A stretch of 64,000 nt of DNA, from contig NC_058368.1 of the NCBI RefSeq assembly GCF_018350175.1, positions 69,256,001 through 69,320,000 on the forward strand, read 5' to 3'. The stretch is from Felis catus (Eukaryota). The position numbers and the translations under genes are program-made. Of this stretch, positions 1 to 12,087 are shown one piece after another (positions within the stretch are counted from its first letter, which is position 1; every line of letters starts with the position of its first letter). Under the pieces are notes generated by a model, which did not search any database, was not told the origin of the DNA, and saw only the letters and a list, made by a program, of their open reading frames with translations.

Positions 1-22
1 TGAATCTAAAATAGGCTTATTT

Positions 23-230
23 GGGGGGTGCCTGGGTGGTTCAGTCGGTTGGGTGACCGACTCTTGATTTCTACTCAGGTCATGATCCCAGGATGGTGAG
101 ATCAACCATCAGAGTTGGGCTCTGAGTAAGGCACAGAGCCTACTTAAGGTTCTCTCTCTCCCTCTCTCTTTCTGCCCCCCCCCCATACACATGCTCTCCC
201 TCTAGCTCTCTCTCTCTCAAAAAAATAAAA
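23..230 (+). mobile_element. Can-SINE
   Basis: tRNA-like head, (CT)n, A-tail; TSD taaaataggcttattt at 7-22 / 231-246. Confidence 0.9.
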
Positions 231-264
231 TAAAATAGGCTTATTTTTTAAAAGTGTATTCATT

Positions 265-465
265 GGGGCATCTGGCTGGTTCAGTCCGTGCAGGGTCCAA
301 CTTCAGCTCAGGTCATGATCTCACGGTTCCTGAGTTCCAGCCTCGCGTAGGGCTCTGTGCTGACAGCTCAGAGCCTGGAGCCTGCTTCAGATTCTGTGTC
401 TTCTCTCTCTGACCCTGCCCCACTCCTGCTCTGTCTCTCAAAAATAAATAAATGCTAAAAAAAAT
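265..465 (+). mobile_element. Can-SINE (SINEC_Fc-like)
   Basis: Head ggggcatctggctggttcagtc, gagcctggagcctgcttcagattc, aaaataaataaa tail. Confidence 0.9.
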
Positions 466-659
466 TTTTTTTAAGTTTATTTATTTTGAGGGAGAGCATG
501 AGCAGAGGAGGGACAGAGAGAGGGGGAGAGAGAGAATCCCAAGCAGGCTCCAAGCTGTGAACCCAGAGCTGGACTTGGGGTTCAATCCCATGAACCTGTG
601 AGATCATGAGCTCAAAATTGGGAGTCGGTCTCTTAACCGACTGAGGCACCAGGCACCCC
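466..659 (-). mobile_element. Can-SINE
   Basis: Reverse-complement SINE, tail-to-tail with the previous copy. Confidence 0.9.
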
Positions 660-1605
660 TAGTCTTTTTTTTTTTTTTTTTAAGTTTTTCTAAGTCAGCT
701 GGGCTAGAGAAGCCACTTACTAGCCAGGAAATCTTCCCTTTTAAGAAAAAATAGTACTGAACTATATTGATATATGCCAATTAAACATCTCCTAAATCTT
801 AATCCTACTGATAAAATTACAACTTGGCTGAATAGACAGGCCAGACCTCTGGTAACAATGTGCCATGTAACATTTGCTCATTTGGAAAAGATGAGAAGGA
901 AAGTGTATGCCTGACTCAGGAGTATTAGCAGGAGAAAATAAATAAAAGATTTAAAATATAGATGTAATTATAGTATAGAGTGGCTCGTTTACATTCATCC
1001 ATCAGAATCACAGAAGATTTTAAGTGTCCTAGATAGCAATGAAGAGCAACTAATGAATCGACAAGAAGAACCCCGTGTTAATTGTGTTAGCGGCTTGTTT
1101 TTAAATCAAGTGAGGGAATGCACGTGTACTTTACAGCAGGGACCCAAATTTAGTCACCCTTTTCCTTCCCTGGCATATGTGCAAGGTCAAATAGCATCTC
1201 TCAGCCACGGCAATACGCAGGAGACCCTGATTGTGCTGATATTCCAGCTGTGACCGTGACAGAGTGCCTGCCCTTTTGTTTTGCCATCGCTCTGTTTGAC
1301 TTTATTACAGGCTACACGGTGGATAGGATCGCGGCACCAGACCGATGCTGTCCTTGGAGCTTCACCCTGTGGAATAGTTTATGGGAATGCCTTGTGTAAG
1401 GAGATCTTTCAGAACTCTCTCGGATTATATCCCACAGAGACCTACTTACACAGTGCCAAATTGTTCTCTACAGAGAATAGTCTGGTGGTCAAGTCCATTT
1501 AAATTTAAATGGCTTACTGCATTATAACCCTAGACAATGAGGGAAGTTACATAGGCTCCTAAGTTAAAGCAAGGCCCCTGGATGGCACCATTTTATTAAA
1601 ACCAT

Positions 1606-2160
1606 GTACAGCTGCAGATAAATGGAGTTAACTGCACAGGCAAGAAGTCATAAATTGGTGCTGTATAATCTGAAAAACTATAGAAAGGAAGCTAAGCTAC
1701 TTTCCCAGAAGAGATGAAAAGAAAGAAGGTCAGAATGTCCCCCTCAGTTGCCTGGAATACCAAAGTTCCCCAAGTGCCTGAACATTCCATGAAAGAAAAA
1801 TGCAGTTTATATCTATGCCTCGATCAACCATGCCTGAGTAAATTGCTTATCAGTAAACTGTAGGCAACTCACAACATGGGGAGGAGCATCAACCAAGGAG
1901 AAGGAGTGCATTTGGCACTCGAGATGGGAATGCATCCAGGAAACGTTGGGTGGAGTTGGCTGGGAGTAACCGCCACATAGTGGCTACCCATGGTGAGGGA
2001 ATACCCAAGACGCTTAGGGTTCACAAAGATTCTGGCTCCTGTGGTTTCTTTGTGAGTTGACTGCTATGCCCTAAACCATCAATAAGTAAACAGCGTTCAC
2101 CACAAAGCTTGTTTGTCCAGTGTCCAGCTAAGTCAAAGGAATTATAAGACCCCAACCACA
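1606..2160 (+). mobile_element. Possible old ERV LTR remnant (family not assigned)
   Basis: TG...CA-bounded ~550 bp with a polyA-like AGTAAA near the 3' end; resemblance only. Confidence 0.3.
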
Positions 2161-2769
2161 CATAACCTACTTCAAACCTCGAATGACTTGGAGTTCAAGG
2201 TCAAGGGATCCACGCCACTGATTGCCCCGCACCATAGGGAAGGGTACTAGGCAATAGTTGCTGTCTGCCATGTTGCTGAGAACGTTTTTTTAGAAGAGAT
2301 TCTTCTAAAGCCAAACGTTCTATGAGAAGCAGGCCAAGGGTAGAACCTTTGGGAGGCATGCTGAATATAGCACAGATGTCACCAGGGATCCAAGAGCTCG
2401 GTGCAGCTGTTCAGCTTCCATAGACACGAGTCCCCTTGGATATTTCTGGGCCGGCATTAGTACCCACGTTCCGTGTGTTCCCTTATGTCATTGGGCTGAC
2501 GTTCTTCCTGCCCTTTCTGAGAAAGTGACTGACCTGAGAGCGTGGGGCAGAAGTTCCAAAGAGCTCCGTGCCATGCTATCTCCTTAGATACTTACAGTTT
2601 GTCTTCAGACGTGCACAGAACTACACAGCAACAGTGGATCACAGTTGACCCCAGGAAAGGAAATTACTAGACTAGGCTAAGCCTGGCCCCTTAACTCCAG
2701 TTCCAGAAATCCAGTGGATGACATTAGCATTTCTAAACCTAGAATCGTCCTTGGGCTACTGGGATGAAA

Positions 2770-2900
2770 TAGTATGGTTGGAAAGAGTGTTAAACTGGAA
2801 TCGGACGACTTGATTTCCTATTTTTGCCCCTAATTCCGTGACCTTGGCAGGTCATGTAAACACCCTGAGCCTTCGTTCTTACAATCTTTAAAAACGGAAG
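2770..2900 (+). mobile_element. MIR fragment
   Basis: MIR core-like gtgaccttggcaggtcatgtaaacaccctgagcct. Confidence 0.65.
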
Positions 2901-2906
2901 CAGGGC

Positions 2907-3376
2907 TGTCCCGGATGGTGTCCGCTGTCTCCTCTAACCTCCCTCTCCATCTTTCTCCATCCCGCCTTCTGTCCTGGGAGGCTGGCTTGTAGGAATTCCA
3001 TGAGTCTCTTTTGCCCTCTACCTTCTGTTTGGGGCCCTACAGTCACAGGAGGTGATTAGAAGGAAGGAGAGTGAGATTGGGTATCTACCCCCTTCTCTTT
3101 CCTGCAGGGTCTCCCAAAGGACCCTTCTCTCTTGGGGCAGCCCTCTGTCCAGTCTTCTTCTCCCAGCTGCTGGTAACTTCTTCCTCAGCTGGCCCGCCGG
3201 TCTGCTGGGGTAACCATGCCACGGTCACTAACCCTGGGGGATCCCACCATCCTAGCAAGCACAGGCTTGTTAGCACTGCCTATGCTTTTTTAAATGCCTT
3301 CATTAAGTTTAACCCCCCTGCAAGCAGCCGAATTTGAGAGTGCAAACTGTTTCCTGCCGGGGCCATGACTAACACC
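2907..3376 (+). mobile_element. ERVL solo LTR, LTR33-like
   Basis: 5' ctctccatctttctccatccc...ctgggaggctgg; 3' aatttgagagtgcaaactgtttcctgccggggccatgactaacac. Confidence 0.7.
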
Positions 3377-3532
3377 AGTGAGCTAGATCAGAGGCATCTG
3401 AATATCACGGAGCCTTTCTGAGGTTTGATTTGCGTTTTGACCTGAATTTTACGGATGCCAACTAAACCCGAGAGAAGACTGAAACCAGCTTCCGGAGCCC
3501 CAGTTATGAGGCTCTGGATTTTTCAAAACACC

Positions 3533-3703
3533 TTAGCTGTTCTCAGTGATTGATGCTAAAACAGGTCGACAGAAGACATTTCAACTTCAATGGATATCTT
3601 ATTAGCAAAATTCTACTTTATTTGCTTTATATGTCAGTGTCCTATAAAATTTTATTCAAGAAGAAAAGAGGCTCTACTGCTCTAAAATGTTTGAGAACCA
3701 CTG
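3533..3703. mobile_element. hAT-Charlie MITE remnant
   Basis: Ends in tttgagaaccactg, a MER5/MER3-class terminal motif. Confidence 0.45.
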
Positions 3704-4739
3704 GTAGATGGCTTCTAGGTGCCTTCCAAGATTCTAAGACTACGAATATCACACTTGGAGGAGTTGAGCAAGACCAAGCTTCTGGGCAATGAACCAAGGT
3801 GACAGTCACTAGAGGCAAAAGTGTAGAGTGAACTTGACAGACTGTTTCCATCCCTGCCCCGGCTGACGGCCACTGGAGGCCCGACACCCTGCAAAGCTGA
3901 GAGAATCCAATAAGTGCAATAGGATGCCCCTCATTCCCTCCACTGAAGCAGTCCATTCCTTTGCTCATCAAGATCTCCTAGTAATAACAGAGCACCTACT
4001 CATAGCCACCTAACATTTCTTAACCTACTATGTGTCAGGCTCTGTACTTAGACCTTCATACTTGCTGGCGACCCAATTACCTTATCCAGCAGGAAAGTCC
4101 AATCCCTATCCCTCCCTCCACCAAAGCACCACCCCTACCAGAGCCCCCCCAACACCTCCTCCAGGAATCTCTGGGTGCTCACTAGTGGGGGGAGGGGCTT
4201 TCCGCCAGTCCTGCCTGCTCCCATGTCCTCCTGCTGAAACTCAGTCAAAGGTACTTCACCCCAAGCTAGACAGGGCCCTCTCTCAGGCTATTCCTCTGAG
4301 CTCCTTCCTCTAAGGTCCAACTCTGCCCTCAGGAGGGCTGGGTGAAGACACTTAGAATGCAGGACAGCCCCCTCAGAGACCAAGGGACACGTGGACCCTA
4401 TGCTCTTCACTAACTCAAGGCTTCAGGCAAGGCCCACCAGCCACCTACCTGGGCCACACTCTTTTCTACCCTGTTGGTAACTTTCTGGGAGAGTGTTCTG
4501 AATTTCAGTCCTTGGGGACAAGGGTTTAGGGTTTTGGTCCCTAAGGTCCAGTGCTCTTTATGCAAGTTGTTAAAGGTGCATCCAGCTCTCTGCTTTCCAA
4601 AGGGGTAGGGGATGGGGGGAAGCCAGTGGAATGATCCCAACCCTGCCCCCCACTCTCGGTAGTAGGTCAAGTCTCCTCCAAAGTGATGTTTGCTGGCCAA
4701 GGGTTTAGGGCCTGAATCACTAAGCATTGCCAACTATAC

Positions 4740-4875
4740 ACATCCTGTTGACTCATCGCTATCATCCCCGTGCTACAGCTGAGGAAGCAGAAGCCCAGGG
4801 AAGGGGTGGGCCTGCCCAAGATCACCCAGTGAGGTCAGCTGAGTTCCAAAACTGAAGTCTGGGCCACAAGGAGGT
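4740..4875 (-). mobile_element. MIR fragment
   Basis: acagctgaggaagcagaagcccag...ctgcccaagatcacccagt. Confidence 0.65.
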
Positions 4876-5384
4876 TCCATACTCTAGGCAACTCTCCTTT
4901 GTCCCTTCAGCTTGGCTGCAATAATTGAGTAACAGTGATGATTGAGCCTCTGAGGCTGCACTATGGGGGGGGCCCTGGCCCGACACCCAGGAAAAAGGCT
5001 TATCTGCCTCTTCTGCTTCTAGGGCAAAAGAAAATGCAAACAATTACTCCTACTTCTAATTTCTATCGTGAGCAGAAATCTCTCGAATAAATCCTAGTGC
5101 TCTGACTTTAAATTAATCTCGTTATTGTCAGGATACCAGACTCTAAAATAGAGCACTTAGGGAGCCAGGGGTAATTTTAGAATCACAGTGAATTACAGAG
5201 CAAACAGAGGCTCAAAGTCAGAGTAAGGCAAATGTCTCTGATGAATGAGTTAGCAAAAAAATTTGTTCCACTTCAGTTCAAACCCCTGAAGTCAGACTAC
5301 GCCGTTTTTAGAATATGCAGAGGTTCTGCTAGGTTCAGCTCAAGTTCAGTGGTGTAAAAGAAGACGCACACTCCATTGTCGTTG

Positions 5385-5585
5385 CAGTACGGAGAAGGAG
5401 CTCGGGCTTTGGAGGCAAGAAAAGGACTGCAATCCCACTGCTGCCTTGGGCATATGACTTAACTTCTCCAAGGCTCAGAATCTCATCCATATAATAGAGA
5501 CAACAGTACCAACTTTGCATGAAGAGCCAAAGAGGTAATAAATGCCCAGCCTCAGACTAATCCTGCCACATTGAATAAACTTTCA
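5385..5585 (+). mobile_element. MIR
   Basis: ccttgggcatatgacttaacttctccaaggctcagaatctcatccatataat. Confidence 0.7.
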
Positions 5586-5987
5586 ATATTTAAATGAATA
5601 ACAGGACACGGCACCTGATATGCGCTCAGAAGTACTCCGTAAGGGTTAGTTCTCTAAGTTCAAGCCTTACGTGTGACTAAGATCATTAAGGGAAATCATA
5701 GGAGAAGGGTCTAGAACTGGACAGCTTGAGACAGACCAGGCAAGGTCATGACAATGACCGACCCAGGAGGAGCTACAGGGAGGTGGCTGCCCCCACGCCC
5801 CCCTACCCAGGCCCCATGAGGAGGAGAAGGAAAGCCCAGGGAGGAGACAGCTACAAATGCCCTCAGGTCCACAGTCAGGCACTGAAGATGAGAACTGAAA
5901 TTTATCCGGGTGATTAGAGTATCAGGAGGTCCTTAGAAAACGCGGTCAGAGTTCCAGCAAAAAGCAGGTAGTCATTCCCAAGAGGGG

Positions 5988-6186
5988 TTTTTGGTTTTGT
6001 TTCTGTTTTTTTCATGTTTATTTTTGACAGAGAGCATGAGAGAGCGGGGTAGGAGAGAGGGGGAGACAAAGCAGACTCTGTGCTTGACAGCAGAAAGCTC
6101 GATGTGGGGCTCAAACTCACAAACTATGAAATCATGACCTGAGCGGAAGTGAGGTGATTAACCGACTGAGCCACCCAGACAGCCCC
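5988..6186 (-). mobile_element. Can-SINE
   Basis: ttaaccgactgagccacccag head and T-rich tail on +. Confidence 0.9.
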
Positions 6187-6459
6187 CCAGAGAGGGTTTA
6201 ATAAGAGACTATTTCCAAGACTGCGGGGCAGACTTATGGGAAAGTGGCTCAGGTAAATTGCCGGGGGCTGCAACTGGCAGGAAACCACTACCGTCCCTGG
6301 GCTTAAAGGAGAGAGGGGGACAGGTTCTCCAGGACCCAAGGGAACTGTAACTGCAGGAGGAACCCTCCAACGGGAGCTGGGGTCTCAGAAGAGGAGGCAG
6401 GGACTGCCCAGCCCAGCCCTTCAGAGACAGGCGGGGGAACCCGTGTTGTTGCCGACTCT

Positions 6460-6640
6460 GTTCTTTTCCATCCTTCCCTCCCCTCTCCCTCCCCATCTTC
6501 CCTTTGCCCTTACCTATTTCCTCCTCATCCCTCTCCCCATCTTCCAGCTCCCTCACTCGCTCCTCCCCTCTCCTTCCCCTCCCCTCTATCTCCCTACAGT
6601 CTCCTCTCTCCTCCTCTCCTCCCCACCCCCACCTTCCACT
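6460..6640. repeat. Polypyrimidine (CT/C-rich) low-complexity tract
   Basis: ~180 bp of mostly C/T on the + strand. Confidence 0.85.
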
Positions 6641-7739
6641 AGGACCCAGAAATCCAGGGACTCCTCTCCAAGTTCAGCCTGCTGGGGACATGCGCGCGAG
6701 GGAAGGGTAAAGAGCAGGTGCCTGGCAGTTCAGTAGCAGGGAGGTGGGGGTGGGGGTGGGTGGGCAGAAGGAGGTGGGGAGTTAGGCTCAACTGCTCTGT
6801 AAACAGCTCCAACCTCTACATATCCCCGGAGAATAAACTATAACACAACACCACATCTTTTAAGACAGTCTATTGTTCAGAATTTCCACAAAATCTGACT
6901 GGCCTCTCCCCAGCTGGTCTGCACTGAGGTTGGCTCCCGCTCTGTCACATGGTGAGCTGCAGATCAAGCCCATTTTAAGACTAAACAAAAACCCCTCAGT
7001 GGCTCCATCAGATGGCCGTGAGCCACTGCACTGTTTCTTTTAGAAATTGTCATTCCCAGAGCTGAAAACAATTTGAGAAAATACTTAAAAAGTGGCTCCG
7101 ATATCCGCTCTGCTTCCCTGTCTGCGTCATCCCTTTGCAGGGACAAGAACTATTTCAGCTCCGTTTGTGAGTACAGATGTGCCCTGACCTACCTACCTTC
7201 CCTGGCTGACCTCCCCTGAGCTCTCTCTGAAACTGGGTCCGCACTGGTGCCCGCGTGTCCTCAAAAGCCTGCAGCAAACCACCAGGCACAAAGGACCAAG
7301 GCGTGTGGCTTTTGCTTGTCAGGCCTGCCTGCCGCCACGATCCGCCCCACGCGTGCACACACATGCGCACTTGGCCACATGTCGCAGTTTTCCACAGTGC
7401 AGTCAGCAATGACCTTCAGACAAGGAAAGCCTAGGGCGTCACCCCACCCGGGGAGGCCAGACTTCTGGGGTGAAGCTAGAGCGGCAAGCAGCCTGAATGT
7501 TGCATGCCACCTGAATGCCCCCAGGCCAGCGAGCACAGACTCACAGAACTAGGAGTCCCAGTGTGGGGAGAGGCTGTGCGGTCCATGGATGTCCTGCTCC
7601 GTGTGTAAATCCTACAGCTACTGCCCAGCTTGCATCAGCAATCCTGACAGCCCCTGGCTGGGCCCATATTCCTCCAGGCCTGGGCAAAACAGTCTTGCTA
7701 GAAGTTTCCCAGACCTTCTAAATGTGAGGTGTGACTTGG

Positions 7740-7741
<2 letters not shown>

Positions 7742-7773
<32 letters not shown>

Positions 7774-7779
7774 GGGGGG
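7742..7779. repeat. Poly-G run
   Basis: ~30 consecutive G, then a(G)6. Confidence 0.95.
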
Positions 7780-8300
7780 TCTTAGACTTACCCTCCCTCT
7801 CCCCACAGAGTTCCACCAACTAATACATGAATTCAACTGTATGAAATTGCTATCACTCTTAGGTTAAAAATGGCCAAACGTTGGCATTCGTGTAATTCAA
7901 TCTAAATCATAGAAACAATCGTCAAGGCATCAGTTTTATGAATGTCTGGGGAAAATGCCCAACAGTATCCCAAAGGCAAGGCTCTCTGGGAAAAGCTGGA
8001 CCAGAAGAAATGTATAACTGAGGCCTAAGTGGAGTTTCCAGTTGCCTTTGCCGAGAACTGATGGCCAGAGCTGTGTGGCAAATCCATCCAGAGTATAAGG
8101 AGAAGGGGGTCCTCCCCCAACCGGGGGGACCATTCACCAAGGTGTGCTGGTGGCCTAGGGGACTCCCACAGAGGCGACAGAAAGTGAAAGGGTTGTCCCT
8201 TTTCCTCATTTTAAGCCCTAGATTGAGGCCACCCCACAGGTTGCCCCGTGTTAGCCCGGGAGATGAACACATCAAAGTAAATCTGAAAGCACAACATGGT

Positions 8301-8768
8301 CGTGATGGCTAATTTTATGTCAACTTGATTGCACCATGGGGCACCCAGATTAAGCATTATTGCCCATGTGTCTGTGTTTCCAGAGGAGGTTAGCATTTGA
8401 ATCAGTGGACTCAGTAAGGTAAATTGCCCTCCCAGTGTAGGTGAGCATCATCCAATCCACTAAAAGCACAAACACAACAAATGTTGGAGAGATAGGAATT
8501 TGCATGACCCCCCCCCCCTTTTTCTTCTCCACCTTACTGCTTGAGTCAGGACCTCTCCTCTCATCTTCTTCCACCCTTGGACTTGGATTTACACCATTGG
8601 TTCCCCTGGTTCTCAGGCCTTTGGACTTAGACTAAATTATACCATTGGCTTTCCTGGGTCTCCAGCTTGTAGGTGCCAGATCTTGGGACTCCTCATCCTC
8701 CATGAGCACATGAACCAATTCCTTGTCATCCTCCTATTGGCTCTCCTTCTCTGCAAAACTCTAACACA
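8301..8768 (+). mobile_element. ERVL solo LTR, MLT2 (MLT2D-like)
   Basis: gtgatggctaattttatgtcaacttg...ttagcatttgaatcagt...cctattggctct...ctaacaca matches MLT2 end to end. Confidence 0.88.
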
Positions 8769-9699
8769 GTGCTTCGACCCGGTATTCTCTGTTCCGAGGC
8801 TGCTTATGCATATGCATGAGAAAGGCATAAATGGAAGTGAGAAGTTACCTTGGTCCCTAAGTGGGGGGGGCTCAGAAGGCAGCTGGGCCAAAAGAAACTT
8901 TGGTCCTGCCATTGTGAGGGGGGAAAGCAAGAGACCAGGGGTAGACTCCCTGACCAGGGAGCCAGGCGGAGACGAATGTAGAAGCTAAGCGTTTCCAGAA
9001 CACCAGCAAGGACCAGGTCACCTGGGAGAACTACCAGGCTCTATGTAGCTATGAGAACAGATAACATGTTATTAACTACCAGATTACAGAGGTGAATGCC
9101 AGCAGGGAAACCCGCGCCTAACACAGTTCTGGAAGTCACCCCCGCTCCACGTGTGCAGAAACCACCTTAGGCAGGTGAGACAGGTGAGAATAAATACAAG
9201 CGAAACCAAGCAATTCTTTGCAAAGACTCGCTTGCTGAAGAAGCTTCTTATGTTTACTGGATAAGACACTATTCTTCCCCACTTTTCATTGGGTGATGTT
9301 TGGAAGGAAGAGGAAGATAACTAAAGAAGAAAATCTAAAGACTGCACTTGCTCTGATGTCTGAGGACAGCGTGAGCAAAATCTGTGACCCGCTGTACGTA
9401 CTTCTGCGTATTTTGAAGACACCTGAAAAAGACTACACCACAGTTTTCGCTGGAACCTGGCACAAGCTACGATGGATTTTGGTATATACCGAATATCTAT
9501 TTCGTCCGAAAGGTTTAAGGTACAAGACTGGAAAGGATTAAATTATTGGTCCCAACTCTTCACTCTTCGCTGTATCCGCGCCTTTTGCCACCTGCCTTCG
9601 CAGTTATTTCCACACAAAAGATTGTGTAAACTTCCCCACTCCCGCCATTCTCTTTGGCCGTGAGAAGTGGCTTAAACCAAAAAGATGTTAGGAAGGACT

Positions 9700-9937
9700 T
9701 GCCACGTGGCTATACTGAAGTTGGTTGTTGATTCTTCCATCATCAGGAGACAACCAGCTCTTCCCAGCCTGCTGATACCAGGAGGAAGACAACTGCATGG
9801 GACAGAGCCACCCCAGTCGACCTGTGATATGGAGCAAAGTTGTCTCAGCCGACTCATGCACTCATAAGCAAGAAATGTTTATTGCTGTTTGACACTGAGA
9901 TTTTCATGTTGTTATGCTGCTATAGCCGACTAATACA
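9700..9937 (+). mobile_element. MaLR LTR (MLT1) 3' part
   Basis: Ends tttattgctgttt...ctgagatttt...gttatgctgctatagccgactaataca. Confidence 0.75.
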
Positions 9938-10065
9938 AAAAAAAAAAAAGACTTGAATGAGACATGATCTATCAACATGGACCACAAACACAATATTGGA
10001 AACCAGAGTATATTTTTATTATACCTCCCACCAGTACCCCTGGCACTGTTAAAGAGGGGAAATGA

Positions 10066-10231
10066 GGGGCACGTGGGTGGCTCAGGCAGTTAAGCATCTG
10101 ACTCTTGATTTTGGCTCAGGTCATGATCTCAAGGCTGTGAGATCAAACCCCACAATGGGCTCTGCGCTGGGCGTGGAACTTAAGATTCTCTACTGCTCTC
10201 TCTCTCTCTCTCCCTCTCTCTCTCTCAAAAA
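10066..10231 (+). mobile_element. Can-SINE
   Basis: Head plus (CT)n; TSD-like aagaggggaaatga / aagaaggggaatga. Confidence 0.9.
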
Positions 10232-10669
10232 GAAGGGGAATGATATATCTAAATAAGTAGAAATGGAATATAGATAAAACTTCTTCACTCCCCCACCATC
10301 ACAATAAAAATAAATCTTACTGACAGGACTCTTCACTTTGCTAGAAAAAAGAAGCACAACTCTCTAGACTCCAAGTCTTTCAAATGAAAGATGCTATCAT
10401 GGCGTATGTCGTTACCTCAATGAACTCTGTGATGTAAACTCACTTTGCCAACTCTTCCCGACTACACAACTCTGAGGATATATGGCTCTGGTCAAAAAAA
10501 TGAAGGCAAAGCAACAGGTGGGCCAAACATATTTAGCATGGCGCACTGGAACCACGCATGATCTGAAACAGTGAGATCTCAAGGGAGGTCAGGGGCTGGC
10601 AAGGAGAGACTTGGAGAAGAACCAGGAGGCAGGACTGGGAACCTTCTATACATCAATGGGAGCCATTAC

Positions 10670-10860
10670 CTGGGATGGAAATCCTGCTCTATCACCTACT
10701 GGTCATGTGACCATGAGCAAGTTCTGTAGCCTAGCATTAGATACCTCATCTGTAGAATACAGATAACACTTACTTGTGCAGGTTGTACTGGGAACAAAAT
10801 AAAAACCACGTCTGAAGGACCGAGCACACAGAGCCAGCACATCCTGCTCCACAAATGATA
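10670..10860 (+). mobile_element. MIR
   Basis: tgtgaccatgagcaagtt...cctcatctgtagaat. Confidence 0.65.
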
Positions 10861-10949
10861 GTTTCTGTTCTACTGAAACATTACTCAGGACAATACATCT
10901 GTATTCCTCCTCTCTGGACAACAGTGAGCCCGAGGGAAAATGGGAAGGA

Positions 10950-11320
10950 ACCTAATGTTCAACAAGAGAAAATGGCTAATAAATCATATTACACAAGCTC
11001 GGTGGGATATTAAGAAGCTGTTTTAAAAGATAAGTGTGAAGGCCATAAAAAAAACTTAAAAATGATTTATTTAAAAAGACACAAAATTCTAGATGTACTC
11101 TGATTATAATTATGTAAATATATGGGCTGCACAGAAAAGACATATGGAAAAAATAAAAATAGGGTACTAAAATTATGGACTTCTTTGGTAAGTATTCATT
11201 ATGGTGCTCGATGTCGTTAGTTATTAGGGAAATGCAAATTAAAAGTACAATGACATGCCATTATATACCCACCAGGACACCTAGAAACCTCGGTGTACAT
11301 AAGTTACACCTCAATTTAGA
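10950..11320 (+). mobile_element. Old L1 (L1ME-like) fragments
   Basis: aacctaatgttcaacaag; attagggaaatgcaaattaaaagtacaatgacatgccattatatacccacc. Confidence 0.6.
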
Positions 11321-11400
11321 GAAACAGATTATTAATATTAAACTATTTAAAAATTTCAATCAGACAAAATTTTAAGATAAAATCTGTTTGACTTTTTTTC

Positions 11401-11404
11401 CTCT

Positions 11405-11455
<51 letters not shown>
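11401..11455. repeat. (TC)n microsatellite
   Basis: Direct observation. Confidence 0.95.
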
Positions 11456-11458
<3 letters not shown>

Positions 11459-11892
11459 AGTTTGGAGAATTACCTGATGTACTCAGTGGGAAAACATTTC
11501 TGAAACAAAACAGTTGGCCCTTTTTAAACTATTATGCAAAGCATAATGCAGTTAAATCTATTTTTGGTCCTTTTTTTTTTTTTCATTTTACTTTGTAACA
11601 TTGGACAATCTTTTCTTCACATACTTCTGAGCTGTGGTTTGTAGGTTGAGAATTTTCTGTGCTTCATTTGGGCCATAAGAAATTATGAACAAGATCCTGC
11701 CAGCATTCAAAAACATTTGGGTATTTTGAGGAATATTTTAAATGCTTGACGTGGTATTCCAGCCTATGTTACCCTATGCACTAAGATGAGTTTATAGATT
11801 CTTTTATGGTTAATGCGATCTCTTTTCTTGTAAACATTTTCTCTTGTTTAACTTCTTTCTTTTGAGTATATACTATATTCTAAAACATAAAT

Positions 11893-12087
11893 TCTTTAAG
11901 TTTATTTATTTATTTTGAGAGAGACAGAGACAGCTTAAGGGGGAAAGGGTGCAGAGGGAGAGGGAGAGAGAGAGAATCCCAAGCAGGCTCTGTGCAGGTA
12001 GCACAGATGTGGCACTCAGACTCACAAAACCGCGAGATCACGACCCGAGCCTAAACCGAGAGTTGGACTGAGCCACCCAGGTGCCCC
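11893..12087 (-). mobile_element. Can-SINE
   Basis: TSD taaaacataaatt on both sides. Confidence 0.9.

Noticed and set aside
1311..1395. Plus-strand exon candidate (ttattacag|...|gtaagg)
   Set aside because: No recognisable peptide, no partner exons, and partly L2-like.
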